Shown one piece after another: positions 28,557 to 32,000 of a stretch of 32,000 nucleotides of DNA. The position numbers were made by a program, and so were the translations under genes. The stretch comes from Streptomyces xinghaiensis S187 (GTDB taxonomy: Bacteria > Actinomycetota > Actinomycetes > Streptomycetales > Streptomycetaceae). The stretch's first letter is position 1. Each line of letters opens with the position of its first letter. The stretch lies in assembly GCF_000220705.2 (NCBI RefSeq), contig NZ_CP023202.1, forward strand, positions 4,704,187 through 4,736,186, read 5' to 3'. The notes under the pieces are model-generated. The model was not told where the DNA came from, searched no databases, and saw nothing but the letters and a program-made list of their open reading frames with translations.

Positions 28557-28806
28557 TGCTACGGGCAGTTACCCGGAGGCACGGAGCGAAAAACGCTGGG
28601 CTCTCAACCGGCTTGCATACAGGACCGTTTCGCCCGTAATTCAGGCCGGGAACACCGGTTACCGGCAAGCCGGATCCGACGTTCCGTCAGCCCGGTGCTC
28701 GACGGCCGGGTCCGGGCCCGGCGTCCCGCGTTCGCCGGCCGGGCCCCGGCCCGCGGTGCCGGACCCGCCGCCCCCGCATCGGCCGCTCCGCCTCGGCCGC
28801 CCCGCC

Positions 28807-31137
28807 TCAGCCGTCCAGCAGTGACGACACCCGTTCCGGGTGCAGCGGCCGGGCGTAGTACCAGCCCTGGCCCGTGTCGCAGCCGAGCCGGCGCAGGTGG
28901 TCCGCCTGGTCGGCGTTCTCGACGCACTCGGCGGTGACCGTCAGGCCCAGCCGGTGGGCCAGGCCGACCAGCGCCTCCACGATGGTCTCGTCGGCCGGGT
29001 TGGCGTGGGCCCTGTCGCGGAAGCCCCGGACGAACGCGCCGTCCAGCTTCAGGACGGAGGCGGGCAGCCGGCTCAGATAGGCGAGGTTGGAGTAGCCGGT
29101 GCCGAAGTCGTCGATGGCGATGCTGACACCCATGTCGCTCAGCGCCCGCAGCGCCTGGAGGGGGCGGCCGGCGGAGCCCATGACCGCCGATTCGGTCAGC
29201 TCCAGTTGGAGCAGGTGCGGCGGCAGGCCCGTCTCGGCGAGGATCGCGGCCACGTCGGCGACCAGGTCGGAGTCCCACACCTGCCGGACGGCCACATTGA
29301 CGCTGACGAAGATCGGGCTCTCCGGACGCTGGAGCTGCCAGAGCCGGGCCTGACGGCAGGCGGTGCGGAGCACCCAGCGCCCGAGCTGGACGATGGCGCC
29401 CTCCTCCTCCGCCAGCCCGATGAACCGATTCGGCCCCAGGGTGCCGAACTGCGGGTGCCGCCACCGGACCAGCGCCTCGACCCCCTCCAGCGCACCACCG
29501 TCCAGGCTCACCAGCGGCTGGTACTCGAGCGTGAACTCGCCCCGCTCGATGGCGGGCCGCAGGGTGCTGGCCAGTGCCTGCCGGTTGACGCGGTGGGCGT
29601 TGCGCTCGGGGTCGAAGAGGGTCCAGCGAGCCTTGCCGTCGGCCTTGGCCCAGTAGAGCGTGGTGTCGGCGGCCTGCATGAGGGCGGTCGCGGTCGTCCC
29701 GGCGGCGGCGCGCTCCACGACGCCGATGCTCGCCGACAGCGACAGCCGCTGTCCGGCCAGGTCGAACGGCTGCAGGAGTGTGTGGAGCACGGCGTCGGCC
29801 AGTTCGGAGAGCTGTTCGGTGCCGGTGGACTCCTCGACGAGTACGGCGAACTCGTCCCCGCCGAGGCGGGCCACCAGATGGGCGCCGCGCCGGCCGTATC
29901 CGGCCCGGTCGGCGCAGTGCGCCAGGCGCTGGCCGACGGCGTGCAGCAGCCGGTCGCCGATGCGGTGCCCGAGGGTGTCGTTGACCGCCTTGAAGCCGTC
30001 CAGGTCCAGATAGCAGATGCCGATGCGGCCGCTGCCGCCGCGGTCCTGTCCGGCGGCGTCGAGCGCGGCCGCGAGCCGTTCGAAGAACAGGGCGCGGTTG
30101 GGCAGCCGCGTCACGGGGTCGTGCAGGCGCAGATGGTGCAGCCGGGCCTGGAGATCGCGCCGGTCGCTGATGTCGGCCACCGACAGCAGCGCCCGGGAGC
30201 GGGGGCTGCCGGGGCCGTCCTCCGGAAGCGGTGCGACGGTGACCTCCGCCCACAGGGGCCGGCCGTCCGGGTTCTTCAACCGGCGGGTGCAGCGCATCCG
30301 TTCGAGGTGGCCGCCCAGCACATCACGGTACGCGGCCCAGGTGCGGGCGTCGTGGCTCAGGTCGAGGAGCTCGGCGGCGGGTTCGGCGGCGAGGCGGGCG
30401 GGATCGGCTCCGAGCAGGGCGCCGAGGGCCTGGTTGGCGGTGACGACTCTGCCGTCGCCGTCGAGGACGGCCATGGCGAGCCGGGCGGCGTTGAAGGCGG
30501 CGCGGTGGTCGCGCGCCTCGGCCGGTGTCACGGAGCGGGCGGCGGGCGGTGCGGGGGGTACCGGGGTGAGACCGGTGGGCGGTACGGGGCCGGGCCCGGT
30601 GCCCCGTACGGCGCCTCGTCCCGGGCCGGGGGCGGCGGGCGCGGTGCCCGGTGCCGTGTCCCGCGACGGGGACGGGGCCGGCGACGGGGACGGTGACCGC
30701 GGCGACGTCGCCGGGCCGGGCCGGGCCGCGGTGGACGGGCCCGGCTGCCGCGAGGCCGGGCCGCGGCCGGACGGCGCGGGCGCGGGGGCCGGGGCGAGCA
30801 CCGGTTCCGGGGCCGCCGGTGCGGGGCCCTGGGCGGAGGGGGGCGCCGCGGGCGGCCGGCCCGAGGGTGCCCGGCGCCAGACGGTCGCGGAGCCCGCGAG
30901 CGAGAGGCCGGCGATCGGATGGCCGGTGACCGGGGGTCCGGTGGGAGATGGGGCCATGCCGGACGGGCCCGTGGGCGAAGGGCCGCCGGCCGCCGGAGAC
31001 GGCGGCGAGGGCTCGGCCGGGGGCGGCGGAGAGGCCGTCCGGGAGGCCGGGGAGCGGCGGAAGACCTGGCTACTCTCCGTGAAGGTCGGCAGGGTGATTC
31101 CGGGTCCCGCACCTGGCCTGTTGGGTGATCCGCTCAC
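28807..31137 (-). CDS. PAS-GGDEF-EAL cyclic-di-GMP turnover protein
   Basis: LVARLGGDEFAVLVEE (GGDEF), EGVEALVRWRHPQFG (EAL), IDDFGTGYSNLAYLSRLP; PAS-like FNAARLAMAVLDGDGRVVTANQALGALLG; long Pro/Ala-rich N-terminus. Confidence 0.95.
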   Translation of the reverse strand: MSGSPNRPGAGPGITLPTFTESSQVFRRSPASRTASPPPPAEPSPPSPAAGGPSPTGPSGMAPSPTGPPVTGHPIAGLSLAGSATVWRRAPSGRPPAAPPSAQGPAPAAPEPVLAPAPAPAPSGRGPASRQPGPSTAARPGPATSPRSPSPSPAPSPSRDTAPGTAPAAPGPGRGAVRGTGPGPVPPTGLTPVPPAPPAARSVTPAEARDHRAAFNAARLAMAVLDGDGRVVTANQALGALLGADPARLAAEPAAELLDLSHDARTWAAYRDVLGGHLERMRCTRRLKNPDGRPLWAEVTVAPLPEDGPGSPRSRALLSVADISDRRDLQARLHHLRLHDPVTRLPNRALFFERLAAALDAAGQDRGGSGRIGICYLDLDGFKAVNDTLGHRIGDRLLHAVGQRLAHCADRAGYGRRGAHLVARLGGDEFAVLVEESTGTEQLSELADAVLHTLLQPFDLAGQRLSLSASIGVVERAAAGTTATALMQAADTTLYWAKADGKARWTLFDPERNAHRVNRQALASTLRPAIERGEFTLEYQPLVSLDGGALEGVEALVRWRHPQFGTLGPNRFIGLAEEEGAIVQLGRWVLRTACRQARLWQLQRPESPIFVSVNVAVRQVWDSDLVADVAAILAETGLPPHLLQLELTESAVMGSAGRPLQALRALSDMGVSIAIDDFGTGYSNLAYLSRLPASVLKLDGAFVRGFRDRAHANPADETIVEALVGLAHRLGLTVTAECVENADQADHLRRLGCDTGQGWYYARPLHPERVSSLLDG

Positions 31138-31482
31138 CGTTCACTCCCGCTGAGGACTCGACTCGTGCGATCGCGGAGCCGGTCGCTCCGGTGCCCCGAG
31201 GGCCTCCGGGGGACGGGTCCGCGCTGGAAATGTGCCGATCATAGAGGTTCGTCTGGTCTTGTTCCATCGAACGGCCCACGGGGGGACGTACGGCAGAGCG
31301 ACTGTCCGATCGTTTCTGCAGGACGGTGCCCGGGCGTGCGATGACCAACGAGCGTGGGTGACGTTGAGTTACGGCCCGTCCTGCCGTCGCGCCTCACCCG
31401 ACCGGGCCAAGGAAACGTGGTGAGTATGTAAATATCCCCGCAAAGTGGACGCGTGTCCTGTCCCACGTCCGGGGAGGCCGAC

Positions 31483-32000
31483 GTGTCGCACTCGCTGACG
31501 TCCGGGGGACCGGAGGCCCGGCCGGTCCGGTCGCGGCCGCGCCTCCGCCGGGTGGCCGCGGGCGCGATGTCGTTCACGGCGATGCTCGCCACCTCGCTGG
31601 TCGCCGGCCCGGCCACGGCCGCCGTGCTGGACGATGCCTGCGCCCTGACGCGCAGCGCGGTCCACCACTCCGAAGGGCTCGACACCTGGAACGCGGCCTA
31701 TCCGAAGCCCCGGGACGACATCCGCGCGGTGATGGCCTTCCTCTCCTTCCCGGACGCCGAGCCCGTCGTCTCGCCGGACCAGCTGGTGTCGGACTATTTC
31801 CCGGGCACCGCCGAGTTCTTCGAGCGGGCCTCGTACGGCAAGTTCCGGCTCCATGTCGATCCGGTGCGGAAGTGGCTGGAGATGCCCGCCGCCTCGACGA
31901 CCTACGGCATAGGGCGGGACTGGGACACCGAGCTGCGGGCGGCCTATCTGGGCGACGCGATGGGCCTCGCCGACCGGGTGGTGGACTTCTCGGACTACGA
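31483..32000 (+). CDS. Secreted M6-family metalloprotease-like protein (3' truncated by window edge)
   Basis: GTG start; signal region SFTAMLATSLVAGPATAA; DDIRAVMAFLSFPDAEPVVSPDQLVSDYFPGTAEFFERASYGKFRLHVDPVRKWLEMP. Confidence 0.82.
   Translation, partial: MSHSLTSGGPEARPVRSRPRLRRVAAGAMSFTAMLATSLVAGPATAAVLDDACALTRSAVHHSEGLDTWNAAYPKPRDDIRAVMAFLSFPDAEPVVSPDQLVSDYFPGTAEFFERASYGKFRLHVDPVRKWLEMPAASTTYGIGRDWDTELRAAYLGDAMGLADRVVDFSDY

Noticed and set aside
28604-30696. ORFs 28604..30253 (-) and 28840..30696 (+)
   Set aside because: Shadow frames of the GGDEF-EAL gene, which has intact motifs.

Overview
High-GC actinomycete (Streptomyces-type) chromosomal window. The standout is a fluorometabolite biosynthesis region, about 13.95-27.1 kb. 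It holds an intact-looking fluorinase (flA, with the insertion loop that separates fluorinases from chlorinases/DUF62), a divergent 5'-fluoro-5'-deoxyadenosine phosphorylase (flB-like), a fluoroacetyl-CoA thioesterase (flK-like), a SAH hydrolase, adenine phosphoribosyltransferase, SAM synthetase translationally coupled to an MtnA-type sugar-phosphate isomerase, a YbaK-type aminoacyl-tRNA editing protein, two DUF190 proteins, a Na+/H+-antiporter-like protein, two LuxR regulators with degenerate receiver domains, and a frameshifted XRE-cupin regulator. Left of it (about 6.7-12.2 kb) lies an accessory patch. It contains a truncated TnpB-related remnant abutting a broken DUF1707-like gene, a DUF5655-like remnant, a secreted ricin/Shiga-type ribosome-inactivating protein (RIP) with all five catalytic positions recognisable and translationally coupled to an unknown secreted partner, and a divergent HTH-transmembrane-hemopexin repeat protein. 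The rest includes two tandem Asp/Glu racemase/maleate isomerase family genes, a luciferase-like oxidoreductase, a DHFR-like reductase, an AA10 LPMO with a perfect CebR-type palindrome upstream, a PAS-GGDEF-EAL protein and the start of an M6-family metalloprotease. All family calls are by eye from translated sequence; no searches were run.
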